A DNA stretch of 64,000 nucleotides from the human T2T-CHM13v2.0 reference genome, Homo sapiens (GCF_009914755.1 NC_060947.1), one strand, 5' to 3'. Numbered from the stretch's first letter, positions 1 through 13,130 are shown. Notes: a model not told the origin generated them from the sequence alone. A program made the numbers and translations.

Positions 1-1035
1 GACGAAGAAATTTCATTAATTGGTTCTAGAGACATGAAGTCCTCTACTTCACTTGAACTTAGCAGGGTGAAGCTTGAATAGAAAAATAATGAAAGCATGC
101 AATTAAAAGAAAAGAGAATCTCAATATCTTGTCCAACTGATGCATATAAGAGATAGAAAGAAGATAATACTTTGCTTTATTTTTGTATTTTTACCATAAC
201 AGAATTTATAATCTAATTTTCTTAAACAAATTATCAAAAAAGAAACCAACAAAGTTACTGCTAATGTTGAATATTAAAGTACTATTATTAATAGCTTCTT
301 AATTAAGAAATAAATAATTATATGTTTGTTACAATTGGGAATGACATTTGAATATAATAAGTTGTTTTTTTTTCCCAACCGTGTTGTAGTGTTCTTTACA
401 CTTTTCAAATGGAAAAATGTATTCAGTGTTGTATTATTTATCATGTTACTGATCTTATCAGTAAAGCCAAAAACTTTCATACGTAAACCACTTAATTTCC
501 AAGTAATGTGTATGTATGTGTGCCTCTGTGTATGTATGATAGACAGAAAGACAAAAAGAGAAGATCTATGCACACTAGTAATATTGAAAGAAATGAGCTA
601 ATTTACTTCATTCATCACACTGTCATAAAGACTTTCTTTTTTCCTAGAAAAGTGGTATCTCATACAACCTCATCTAATCTCATACACTAGAAAAATGGAT
701 CAGCATTGATTAAAATAAAATAAATTCTAACAATTTCTTATTTTTATATAATCACACATCTTAGTGTCATTATAGCAGTAAGTTATAAAAACAATGTATA
801 TTTGTATATTTAATATTAAAGAGTAGTGCTACAAATTAACCTACTGGGTCTCCGAAATATATTTCTGAATTAAGGCTTATTTCTATAGCTTATCCAAAGA
901 TCAATAACCTTACAGTTAAGAAGATGCATTTTAAATAAATGTTAAAATTTATATTATCCTGATAGTTTTATATACTAGTTAGTTACTGGACAATACTAAA
1001 CAATTGATACCATGGAAACGCACATGATAATCAAT

Positions 1036-1347
<312 letters not shown>

Positions 1348-2384
1348 AATAACCAATAGGCTTTTAATTTGAAATAAATTATTGGGGAGTATTTCTGACT
1401 TCCCTTTGCCTCCCACCCTCATTTATACATCTTGAATAATTCTGTTCCATCACGATCTCTGACATTATTTTTAAATATGTAGATATGTGTGCATTCATTA
1501 CCTCTTTATGAGATGAGAGAATAAAACTGCTTGTGAAGTCAGAGAAACTCAGTATTATTTCTAATCATATATATGAGAATGCCAATGTTGACGTTATCAT
1601 ACAGAGTGCCCATTGCTTAACTCCAGGGGTGTCATTTACCTCATAGCATAATATTAATAGTCCACGTTACTGGTACACTCTAGAATTGTACAGTGTACAC
1701 TATATGAATGTATACAACTAAATATCACACTGTGGATGACTAACATAATGAAGATAAGAGAAAAATTAGTTTATGTAAAAAGGCAACAGTAATTATAGTA
1801 ACTTAAATAACCTACTGTTTATGCCAAGTACTATTCAGAATAGTATGGCACGTTAATCTATGTAAACCATTTTTTTACAATACTAAATCATGTTCAGGTT
1901 AGCCCAGTTCTTAGCTTTTTGTTCATGTAGCACAGTTGCCTGTACATAACTGAAATAAACTCTAAAAGAACAACTAGTGAGACCACTCTAAGGATGGCTA
2001 ACTGTAGATGATTACAAACAAACCAGGGCTGCATTAGTTTTATTTTTGATCTTTTTCATCTTCACAAAGTAAGAAGAGTGAGATAGTAATAAAATTGTGA
2101 AACAAGATAACTGTTATGGATATTATCATAGACAGCTCCCTATGCAAGTCTAGAGAATGGGCATGAGTTATTTAGGATATCTCAGTTTTTATCTAAGAAA
2201 ATATAATATGCCAATGTCTATAGGCTTTGAGTAAACAACCCAAAATTTTAATGGGTTTTATTTTTAAAGAGCATCCTCAATGGGACATGTCTAGTTCTTG
2301 TTAGAAGATACTATGATTCCTGCCATTTTATATTTTGTTCTATCCTTTTTAGAATTCTATTAAAATCTGAGAGATCGTGACAAC

Positions 2385-2640
2385 TGACTGGTTAAGAATC
2401 TTTAATCCTACTGTCATGCTGCCACCATTAAAATCCTGACTCTACCACGTACCAGCTGAGCTACCTTAAGCAAATTACTTAATCTCCCTGTACCTCTACA
2501 TATTCATCTGGTAAATTTAGATGATTATGTTTCCCCACCTTCTAGAGTTAATATGGAACTTATCACATATGTATGTGATGTAATCAGAGAAGTGCCTGAC
2601 ACTTATTACAGGCTTGTTAAATGGTAAATACAGTATTATC
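2385..2640 (+). mobile_element. MIR SINE
   Basis: MIR core: aatcctgactctaccacgtaccagctgagctaccttaagcaaattacttaatctccctgtacctc. Confidence 0.8.
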
Positions 2641-3779
2641 ATTGAAGATTAGGTGAATCTAGAATAGTGCTATGCACACACAAGGTACTGTCAATAGCTG
2701 TGTATGTAAGACAGATCAATGTTTCATTAATCCTTTTTGCCTCACTGCTTCTTGCAATCATTCTCTAATTCACATCTCTGTATGTCCATACTCTTATGCC
2801 TATTTATAAAAATGGATTCTTCAATGAGAATGTCCATAATCACACTATTCATAAGTAATCATTTATGATTGATTTGTACCATGCTTTATAACTTTCTTGA
2901 TATTTTATAGTAGTTGTACGCATATACATATGTGTGTGTATCTGTTCTCTGACTTAGAGTTGCTGTCTCATAAAAAGCAAAGAGAACATAGGTGTTCAAC
3001 AATGTTGAGTTATAAGCAATTAAAAACCTAATGTTAAAAAAAGTTGCTCAATATCATATTACTATTCTATCGAGTCTTACTTCCTCCAAAGCTAACTGAT
3101 AAGTACATTACATTCATCCATGATTAGATTCAATTACTCAAATGCCTTCTATCTCTTTATTGTGATTCTGGCTTTATTTAAACTGAAATGTCAATGTTTT
3201 CTAGGTATTTTTACCATTTTTGCAGATATTGGGATAATCACTTTCACTAACGGTCCTCCAGAATTTTTAGACATTTCTCCAGTAAGCATCTATATTAACT
3301 AAACTAGCATTAAATAAAGTGCAAACTTACCTTGTCATAACTATGCAATTCTGTATTCTCTAAAGGATGATTTTTCATATTACTCAACAATTCTGACTGA
3401 GCAATTGAAATTGAGACTATGATAAATGTTTTACACTGAAGGCTCATTTCATTATACAGTAGTCAGTTGAAATGGGGTTTCCGAAGAAGGTATTTTTAGG
3501 AAGTGCAGAGTACAGGAAAAAGCTGAATACGTTATACAATTTAAATATTTATTGAAGCTTTTCTACTAAGGCAACATTTTGGTAATATTCACAGAAATAG
3601 CAATATGGGAGGAAATTAGGGGTAAATAGATGGTAGAGACTGTGGAAACCAAGACACCTAATGCTAAAAGTGGGATCCTCATTCATGAAGTCATTAAATT
3701 GGAGATCGAAAGGAACAGACCTCTTTATGGAAATATTATTTTCCTTAGAATTTCATCATTTTTTCTAGATGTGTCTTCT

Positions 3780-4870
3780 CTGATTTTTTTTTTTTAGTGC
3801 TTTTGTCTTCTTTATTGAATTTCCGATCTCCTCTTCACACTCTATTATCTTTCTAGCTGGTCTCATCCACTCCATGAGTTGCATATTTAAATCCCTAATA
3901 ATGACTTCATTTCTAGGCACAATACCCACGCGCTACATAAAAATACAAAACAAAACAAACACCTTAGCATCCACACCCCTAATCCTTCCTGTTGTTCCAA
4001 TTTCCCTTCCAATCTCCTTGCAAATGGCACCATTATCCACCCAGGTGTGCATTTCATGGAGCACACAGCATGCAATACAACACCAATTCCTATTGATTCT
4101 ATCTCATATACAAATCTTGAATAGATTTACTTCTTTCATCTCCACTGTCCCCATTCTAGTCCAAATCACCTTCTTTTGGATGAGCTACCGTAATTGCTTC
4201 AGATTGATAGTCCTTCATCTACCCTAGGCACTTGCCAATCTCTTTCACACAAAACAGAGTGATAGTCTTAAAAAATACAAATATGTTTACATCAGTTTTC
4301 TACCTGAAACCCATAAGGCTGTCCATTGATCTTAGTATAAAGAGAAAAATAATTTCTATAACCTTCAAGGCTCTGAATGATTGGACCCCAGTCGGCCATT
4401 CAGATGCAAGCTTGTTCCACACTTTTCTGCCCTCACTGTACTCTAGGAAAGCTGTACTTGTTTTAGATCTTTCTCCATACCATTTTCCACATTCAGAAAC
4501 ATTGCTCCCTCTGACAGGGACATTTTTGCTCCCTCTTTTCTTTTGGACAACTATACTCTAACCTCATTCTTCTTTGCCTTGCTTTGAATATTTTTTTTTT
4601 CTCAGAAGTATTTCCCCAATTTCGAAGACTGGTCTAACTCTCCCTATTATACATTCTTATTACAATGTGTGCTTTATTCTATAGCCCTTATCTCCAATGC
4701 AAGTAGTTTGCGTGTGTGTGTATTTAATATGCACATCCTCCTTGAAATGCTAGTCTCTCTTTGAGTTCACTTGTTTAGAATGCTATCGCCAGAGCATAGC
4801 ACAGTACCTGGCACAAAATGGGCACTCAATATGTGTATTTGTTACATGGACAAATGAATCAATAAATGGA
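3780..4870 (+). mobile_element. L2 LINE 3' fragment
   Basis: Pyrimidine-rich L2 body ending in gcacagtacctggcacaaaatgggcactcaat...aatgaatcaataaatg. Confidence 0.8.
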
Positions 4871-5039
4871 TAACAAATCATCAGCTGTAAGTCCCTTCTT
4901 TAAACTGTGGTCACCCAAAACCACACAATACAAGTTTTAGAGAGTCACTTATTTTGATACTTTTATTTTTGGATTTATTTTGAGAGCCAATCCATTTTCA
5001 GACATTTAAAGTAAAACACTGCAAAAGCCATAGGCTTGA

Positions 5040-5330
5040 GCAAAGTGAACCTCTGTGATAACACTTGGTGCTCTCTGACAGCCCATTAGAGACGGGGTGT
5101 GTACACCTAATCCAAAGGAATCCTCTAGCTCTTCAGCAGCTGTTCACATGGCTCATGCCCTGCCCTTCAGCGTCTACTAAATCAGGATTCCCCAGCTGTC
5201 TGAGCTTCCCGTAAGCGATTTTAGTTAACCACCTACAAGCCAACATTTCTTGCATCTGATTACGCTCTTTAAAGTCTAATTTCCCTTTTGCTTCCTAGTT
5301 ATTTTGCAACATGTGAGTCATTGGGATTCA
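5040..5330. promoter_or_regulatory. Candidate intronic muscle enhancer (likely DME1 region)
   Basis: E-boxes CAGCTG 5137-5142 and 5193-5198, CACATG 5145-5150, CATCTG 5253-5258, MEF3-like TCAGGATTC 5182-5190 and AP-1 TGAGTCA 5314-5320, about 6.5 kb downstream of the TSS where DME1 is reported. Confidence 0.55.
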
Positions 5331-6979
5331 TCATTTTTACAGATTATTATTTTTTCACTTACTCAACTAGTTTATTAATATTTTGTTCACTTAGTCACCA
5401 ATTTATTTCTAATACATCGTTCTTAAGCACCAACATAAAAAGGAATTACTCAATTTGCCTTTGATGAAAATACGTGGGCCATTCTGATTTTGTGATTTTT
5501 CTTTCTTATTTCTTTAATTTTTCCTCACACAGCTTCCAAGGCTAAAATCTGCACTTGTAACAGTGTACTGACTCCCTTGCCCTTTAAGTCAGCACTTAGC
5601 TCAGGCTAAGGTACTATTGCAACCGTAATCTGATAAAGGAAGAGACAAGTTGAGTGCAAATAAAGATGAGTGCCAGGAATGAGAAAAAAGCTACTGATGT
5701 TTATGCCCTTTTATAGTCCTGATTCCATGACAGTCTTAGCCAAAAGCAGAGTGGAAGAAGGGAGAACGCTTTAAAACAAAACAAAACAAAAGCCAAGAAG
5801 AGGGTAAAAACATTTAAAGGGTAAGCATTTTATTTGCCCATAATTGGAAATAATATGGGACACCGTAATGGCAATTGTGCTCAGCTAACACTGACCTTTT
5901 TTAAAAATCAAAATTTTCATGATAGTGAAGACAACACATTTAAAAGTTGACAAATTAGCAAGAGACTTCGTGATATATATGTGAATTCCTCATTGTTGAT
6001 ATGCCCATGTATGGTTTTCATATTTATTAAATATAAACAAAAAACATCATGATTCGAGCATCTGATTTTTTGAAGTTTCTTTAAAATTATCTTAATCCTC
6101 TCCAAAACCCATTAAGCCATCTACATTCTCATTTCATTACATGGATAAGCATTGGCTTTAATAATGCATTTTAATGTACCTCCTCTTCGTTGACACAACC
6201 ACATTTTTCTACTAAAATAAATAACTAAACTAAAATGAATAATAAACAAAAATAAAGGCAAAGCTCTTCCTCAGATTCTTTTATTCAAATGGCAATTAGA
6301 CCTACATATTATTCACCAGTCTTAGATATATTTCAGATTTCCAAATTGGCATGAGAAAATCAATTCATCAATTTGCTAGCATTTTTAATTTATGGACAAT
6401 TATTTTCTTAAAATGGTATGTAATCAAAATACTGAGTTAAAAATTCTGAAAGAGTCATTTAAGAACAACAACAAACAACAACAGCAACAACATTTTATCA
6501 GCATGGCAAGGAAATGACAGCTCCATTTCAATTAAAGGATCATTGTCCATTCTCCCCCAGTTCCCATTAGTGAGGAATGGGGTTCATAATGACAGAGTGA
6601 AAGTGAGGCATTGAGGGAGAAGGCAAAAGATCACAAAAGAAAGCAGGAATACATTGATTTCTAAACCAAATCCAGACTACTAAGAACATTGGTTTTCTCA
6701 GGGCTTACTGTCATTACATATACTACGCAAAGTCACCTTCAGAGGTTGTAGGCCTCCAGAAAATTGCTCTGTGTGTTCCGTTGCCTACTGAAATTCCCAA
6801 GTATTTTGAACGAGTGATATCAGATTAAAATAAAGATCGAGCTCAGAGTTGAATAGAAATTATCCCTTAAAATGGCAGCCTAAACAGAAGATGTGAGCTA
6901 TAAAAGAGGGAGTACTGATCTTTGTGTTTTTAATGGGAATGAGGTAGAGGTTGTATGGCCGTGAGATGAGGACTCTTTT

Positions 6980-7184
6980 TATTTTATTTTTTTTTAACTT
7001 TTAAGTTCAGGGCTACAAGTGCAGGTTTGTTACATAGGTAAACTTGTGCCATGGGGGTTTGCTGTACAGATTATTTCATCACCCAGGTATCAAGCCTAGT
7101 ACCCATTAGTTGCTTTTCCTGATCCTCTTCCTCCTCCAACCCTCTACCCTCCGAAAGGCCCCAGGGTGTGTTGTTTCTCTCTAT
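6980..7184 (-). mobile_element. Short 5'-truncated L1PA 3' end
   Basis: aagttcagggctacaagtgcaggtttgttacataggtaaac...; TSD ATGAGGAC(T/A)CTTTT on both sides. Confidence 0.9.
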
Positions 7185-8481
7185 ATGAGGACACTTTTAA
7201 GCATAAGACAGCAGAGCCATTTCCCTTCCTCATTCTCATTTGTCTGCTGCCTATCAGAATTGTGCTTAAGAAAATTTATATGCCCTTAAAACGCTGGAGC
7301 CAAATGTATTTTTTTGGTCTTTTTGTTGGGCCATATTCAAGGAAGTAATCTTGAATGGGGAAACAGAAAGGCTATGCCCTGGGTGTTAAAGTATTTCATA
7401 ATCTCTAGAGGAGCCATCTGGTTTAAGAAGGCACATTGAATGCTATAATATGCTGTAATATATGAGGGAAACAGACTTTTTATACTATCAAGCCTTTCAT
7501 GAAAAAATTTCATGAAAAAATAAACAAAATCATTTTAGCTTTTAATCTTGGAACTATATTTAGTATAGGAGTGATTCACAAATAGCAGAGTTACTCTCCC
7601 ATTCGAAGGGGTTATCAGAATCTCTGGAAGACACATTCACTTTTAGTATTAAGTAGAGGGAGCTTGAAATTTTGCAAGGATTTTAGGGACAATTCTATAA
7701 GTGACATAAATAGAAAAAACCCTCCAAACTTGGTAAAATAATAAATTATCCCATGGTGTTGCCATTTTAACTTTGATATCTGTATTAAAATGAAACTTCA
7801 GAACTCCAAACATATGTCAATATTTTATAGCATGAAACCCCAAGGAAGTCTAACTAATAGATGTTTTACGTAGGGAAAAGGTGAAGACTACAAACTATTT
7901 ATTTGCTTGGTTTGTTTGTTTTTTGAAGATCAGTATACTGCATTGAGCACACTCTACAAGGGGAAATATTTTCATGAAACCTGGTTGCATTTAATAAAAA
8001 CGTTTATTTCCCACACTGCAGCCCATGACCTTCCCCAGAAAATATTCCAATACGAACCAACTGCCTTGATAACAGAACACAAACCTCCTAGGACTATAGC
8101 AGGACTTTGTGAGAAAGAAAACCATTGCCTCTCTCTGAATCCAATCAAAACCTGAATGTACTGTATAAAAATAAACCAAGGTCATCATTATTCCTTGTCA
8201 TTGTGATTTGGCGTGCCTTCAAATTATATACCCTGTATATTTCAAATAACTGCACCGCCTCCATTAACTGAGTTTGACATCACTTTAATCAATGTATCTT
8301 TTCAGAATGAAAGGCAGAAATGTCAAATTCCTACCATTATAAATTCTTTTAACTCTCTAATCTGCATTAAATAAAAGGTTGTCTTTGAGAAATAATAAAT
8401 GCTCTAAAGAAATATAACTAGCATCAATTTTATTTTAAAATGTAACTGGGAAAAGATTAAATGTCAACACATCTCTTCATA

Positions 8482-8623
8482 CAGAGGTGATTTCCCAAGA
8501 AACTATTAAAGCCTTACTTACATGAGGGGCCCCTCCCAAGGCTGTATCCAATTTTCTATTATTTTTCTTAAAATAGCACCCCCAATTGTATAACCTCAGG
8601 CCCCATAAATCCTTTCTTCCTGG
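8482..8623 (+). mobile_element. hAT-Tip100 MITE (Arthur1A/MER69A-like)
   Basis: ggggcccctcccaaggctgta...cccccaattgtataacctcaggccccataaatcc resembles the consensus. Confidence 0.6.
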
Positions 8624-11398
8624 TTCGTTCTGTGTTGTCAGACAGGGAATGTACATTAGTCTCATTTGTCAATTCCTTAAAAAATGATGTGTGTTTAAAA
8701 TAGAAAATTTAGAAAAATGAACAGAAAATTATCTTTAAAGAAAGGTTAATTTCTAATTAGACCCTCTTAGGAAACTTTATACCCTGTGATTTGAATGCAT
8801 ATAAATGTGCATATATATAAATATATATACTCATACCAAAATACTGTGTTTCTTGTATGTGTGATGAAATAAAGAGTTGATGAAAAAGTATGATAAATCA
8901 TTTTTAATAAGTTAGGAAAATATTACAATAGAAGGTGGAAGGAGAAGGAAAGTTTGGGAAATGACTTTGTTTTACTCTTGAGATAAAATTTTGATGAAAG
9001 ATAATAAAATAGAATTTTGAAAAACACCTGATGTTTCCAAGACAATGATTTTAATCTCTTTTATTAAACTACACAAGTGGTTAAAAACTTGACAATTTGT
9101 TTCATATGTAGCAAATGACATGGAGTACAGGGATTTCAAATGAATGCTATAGGAATAAAGAGGAAGCTGTATTAATATCTGTGCCCAAATGATGAATTTG
9201 CAATTCAGTACTGTCTAGCTGGAATAGTGTCAGCCAACACCTTTTTCCCCTTAAATAATGTAATTATGCATAGAACACTTTGTAGTCTTTTTTTAAAGTT
9301 TAGAGTAACATCTATATGACATACTCTATTGTATTTTTCATAATGTTATGTCATGTAAGATACACCAAAAGCTTTGTATTAACAGTATATCATCAATTTA
9401 GATCAGCAATCTCTTTTTCGTAGTTAAGATGTCTTTAAAAGATTCTGCAGATGAAATTCTAAAAGGTGATTTTATTAGACCTCAGATGACTTACATCATT
9501 TAAATATATTCAAATGAAATGTCTATTTGCAGTACACTATTTGAATAATTCTTTACAATGCATTATTTGAGTAATTCTAAAAGTGAACAATACAATATGT
9601 TTGACAATACAGTGATCTCTTTTAAAGGGTAACTGTTTTGGTTAAAAAACAACAAAACGTACTTTTGTAAGTTTATCAAACTACGGCAAATTTACAAACT
9701 GGATTCAAATGTCAAACATCCAAGTAGCAGTATGTTGTCAAACAGCAAAATTTAATGTATAATATAGCCCTGAGTATATCTCCGTTTTTTCTTACCAAAC
9801 TCATTGTCATGTTGCATAGGCATTACTTGATGATTTTTTAAATGCAGCGTGAAAAAATCCTACAGGGCATGTCCCAAAAAGATTACCTTTCTTCGCATTC
9901 TAAGAATTGAAAGTTATTTGAATATCTATGACAAAGCAGAGTGTAGGTTTACCTTGCTTAATTTCAGCAGAATTGCATATATTCTTTCAAAATTGCTCTA
10001 TATACTTGTATATGATGTTAATTATGTAGAATATATATATATATAAAATCACTAGTGATTTTGATGGTATTTATGTTACATATATCAAAGAAATAAAAAC
10101 AAAAAATAAAAATGTGTGTGTATATTGCAAACAACAGATATATGCCATGCATATATTTGTAATGATAGTAAATATAATAGTTTTTCAATCTAAAAGTAAT
10201 AATGATGTCCACCAAAAGAAATTTATGAAGCAAGCCAACAATGTAAGTAAATATTGTATTATAAAGTCTGGTAGCTTTTAATGTGACTCAATACATGGAC
10301 AATGTTAACTTATTTCCACAAAGTTTTCCCAGTGGCAAAACTTCTGCCTTTTTTTTTAGTAGTTGTGGAGCATTACTTATTTGGAGAGATTTATTTTTTC
10401 ATTCTTAATTATAGGCATTGCCCTCATATCTATTTTAGAATAACTACACTCCACAAGTCAAAGATGGGTGGGGAAGAGATAAACTCCCATCTCTTCGGGA
10501 CACACAGTCCTTATCATATATTATTTTTACTGTTGTGCCACAGTCCATTTTTAAATCCTTCATTAGTCATCATGACTTTCTTAAAAATAAACGAAATAGT
10601 TGTATTTCTATATGAAAGACAAACTAAAAAATTGAACTGAAAAGCTGGCTCATAATAGACATGAAACAACAAGGTGACTTTACTACTAAATATAATTAGG
10701 AGTTCCTCAAGTTTGTATGTCGTTTACCCAAGAAATCATCTGATCATTTGATAGCATAGATCACATCATTATTTGAAATAATTATCATGATATGCTACAG
10801 AAAAGAGCATTTGAAATAGTAAATGTGAGTAAGAAACATTAAAATTAAATCTTTATCAATACTTTTCACATCCTTCAATTATCCGTCCCAACTCATTTTA
10901 TTCTTTATTTTATCCATGATGTGTCAGAGAAACTTTTTCTAACTTTTAGGCCTCCATGTAGTTCCTATACAGTAGTTAGTTCAATTGAGAATATATGTCA
11001 GGTCAGTAACCTTTATGTAACTGTTACTAAATACGGAAGTATCAACTAATCAAAATAATAACTCAGATATACAAACTATCTCACAGCAATCAAAATAAAT
11101 CTGTTATAGTCAAATGACATTCTGCATATTCTATTACTGCAGTGGTTTGTTAATCAAGAAATCATGTGTTTAGTTCTATCGCAAAGAAAAACTTTTACAC
11201 TCCATTTCTGTTGAAAAGTTTTCCCAATGAAAAATATATATTCCTGAATAAATACATATATATATGCAGTATATATAACATTTATGCTTCTTTGCAAACT
11301 ACTGTGATAATTTAAAATCAATCTACCTAATTAGTGAGCTTGTCACAAACTAAACGTTATGCCACAGTAAAATATATTTTTAGTTACTTTGTACTTAC

Positions 11399-11429
11399 AA
11401 CAGTCCTCTACTTCTTCCCACCAAAGCAT
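11399..11429 (-). CDS. DMD: Dystrophin Dp427m (muscle isoform) exon 1 coding part, MLWWEEVEDC + 1 nt (phase 1); CDS continues in exon 2 outside the window
   Basis: Minus strand reads ATGCTTTGGTGGGAAGAAGTAGAGGACTGTT|GTAAGT, the known N-terminus of muscle dystrophin followed by a canonical donor (plus-strand acttac 11393-11398). Confidence 0.99.
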
Positions 11430-11673
11430 TTTGAAAAGTGTATATCAAGGCAGCGATAAAAAAAACCTGGTAAAAGTTCTTCAAACTTTATTGCTCCAGT
11501 AGGCTTAAAAACAATGAGAAACCAACAAACTTCAGCAGCTTTAAAAAAAGTAACACTTCAGTTTTTCCTATTCGTTTTTCTCCGAAGGTAATTGCCTCCC
11601 AGATCTGAGTCCTGTAGGGGGAAAGTGAGTGATCCCAACACTGAGTGAGTCAACACAGTAACTGATGCCAGGA
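11430..11673 (-). other. DMD: DMD Dp427m exon 1 5'UTR (~244 nt); TSS about 11666-11673
   Basis: Minus strand TCCTGGCATCAGTTACTGTGTTGACTCACTCAGTGTTGGGATCACTCACTTTCCCCCTACAGGACTCAGATCTGGGAGGC...CTTTTCAAA matches the dystrophin mRNA 5' end as I recall it; no upstream ATG in the UTR. Confidence 0.95.
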
Positions 11674-12110
11674 TTCTGTAGAGGCCCCCGGATATTTCAA
11701 ATTCCAGGACCTGCGCACAAGCAAGTGACCCGCCTTCTCTCTCAAGTTGGTTTCCCATAATAGGACTGTCCATGGTCACTACATATAAGGTTGTGCTTCC
11801 AGCATGGCAAGCTCTGTGAATTCAAACAATGCTCAACTGTGTTCTGATTAATATCCAAACCAGAATAGCACAGTGGACATAGTACTTGCTTTTAAAGCCT
11901 TCTAAACACAAAAACTATTCAGTACAAAAGCATAACAATACTTTCTGTAACTTTCATGTGAATTTATTAACAGAGCAGAAAATCCGGATTCAAAATTGAC
12001 TTTTAAATGCCTTTTTTATCCTCTCAACAACACCAAAAATTTCACTCTACCAAATAAAAAGGAATGCCCAGAATAATCCATGCATTTGTTATGTATCCAC
12101 TGTCTACCAA
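11674..12110 (-). promoter_or_regulatory. DMD: Dystrophin muscle promoter (Pm), CpG-poor
   Basis: Immediately upstream of exon 1: ATA-like TTGAAATATC (11691-11700), E-box CAAGTG (11722-11727), GC box GGCGGG (11729-11734), CArG box. Recalled diagnostic Pm PCR primer sites match near 11578-11612 and 12079-12107. Confidence 0.93.
11755..11764 (-). promoter_or_regulatory. CArG box (SRF site) at -91 of the muscle promoter
   Basis: CCTATTATGG (plus CCATAATAGG) is a perfect CC(A/T)6GG, 82-91 nt upstream of 11673, the position established for the DMD CArG box. Confidence 0.92.
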
Positions 12111-13130
12111 AGTTATTTTTTCCCCTTGGGATTCAATCAAAAGTTATGTATTGATGATGCCAACAGTCTGAATAAGAGAAGCAGCAGCAGAATGCAGCAG
12201 CTGAATTCTGAAGGCAGAATGTGTGTGTGTATAGGTCTCATGGGACATGTTTTCCTGCTAAAATAAAGAATACTCTTATAATGCAGGAAAGAAATTTTTC
12301 TCAAATCCTAAATTTCAGTTGTGAATTATGCTAAAACTTCTTTACTAACAAATTATTCTTTCTTCCATTTCTCTGGTGCCAATTCTTAAAACACCATTTT
12401 TTTAGACATTGAGTTAATGATCATTTAATGGTTCTGAATAGAGGCTTGTTTTCTGTATTAAGTGAATACAGTTGTATTATGTCATTCAGCATGTAAATCA
12501 TTCTTTGCCAATAGAAAGCTTCTTCATCTTGTTCCTTATTACTTTTATGCAACAGGCGAGCCCAAAATTGATAGAAAACATTGGAAACATTTTTTAAAGA
12601 AAGATATTCTTTTTATAGTTATAATAATCCCTACTAAAATTTTTGTTTGAGTGTTTTTATTGTACCATTTGTTAAAGTGACAGACTCATTTTTCTATGTC
12701 AAACATTCAACTGCTTGCGACTGCAATGAGTAATAGATAAAAATTAAAAAAATATTGAGTCAGACTGTGATGTTTACCTTAATAGTTAATTGTACATTTT
12801 GTGTTTTAGAATATTATTGTCATAACATTGCTATTTTCCCCAGCAAAAGGTGTATGAGATAAAACATAAGGCCTAATTTTAATTTAAAACATTCTTTTCC
12901 CTAGGTCACCTCCTTTCCTCTCAGTGTGGTTGTCTAAATATGCATATAAGCAAAATTTTCATAAAACAACATAGAAAAAATGAAAAAATTGTTTTGGGGC
13001 TGATTTGGCTCTAAGTCTGCATGTTAGCATCAGTGTCCCTCTATGCTGTGAGGTACAATATTGCCCAGAGTATAAGTGCCCTTTGTATCTTGCACTGTGA
13101 GTTTTCTACAAACATAAACCCTTGTTTAGG

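Noticed and set aside
3874-4561. Two adjacent ~110-aa plus-strand ORFs
   Set aside because: They lie within an L2 fossil and have no gene structure.
11558-11779. 73-aa minus-strand ORF over exon 1 (MTMDSPIMG...TNRKN)
   Set aside because: Its ATGs lie upstream of the TSS in the promoter and it is out of frame with the dystrophin ATG; the real CDS here is the 31-nt segment missed by the ORF track.
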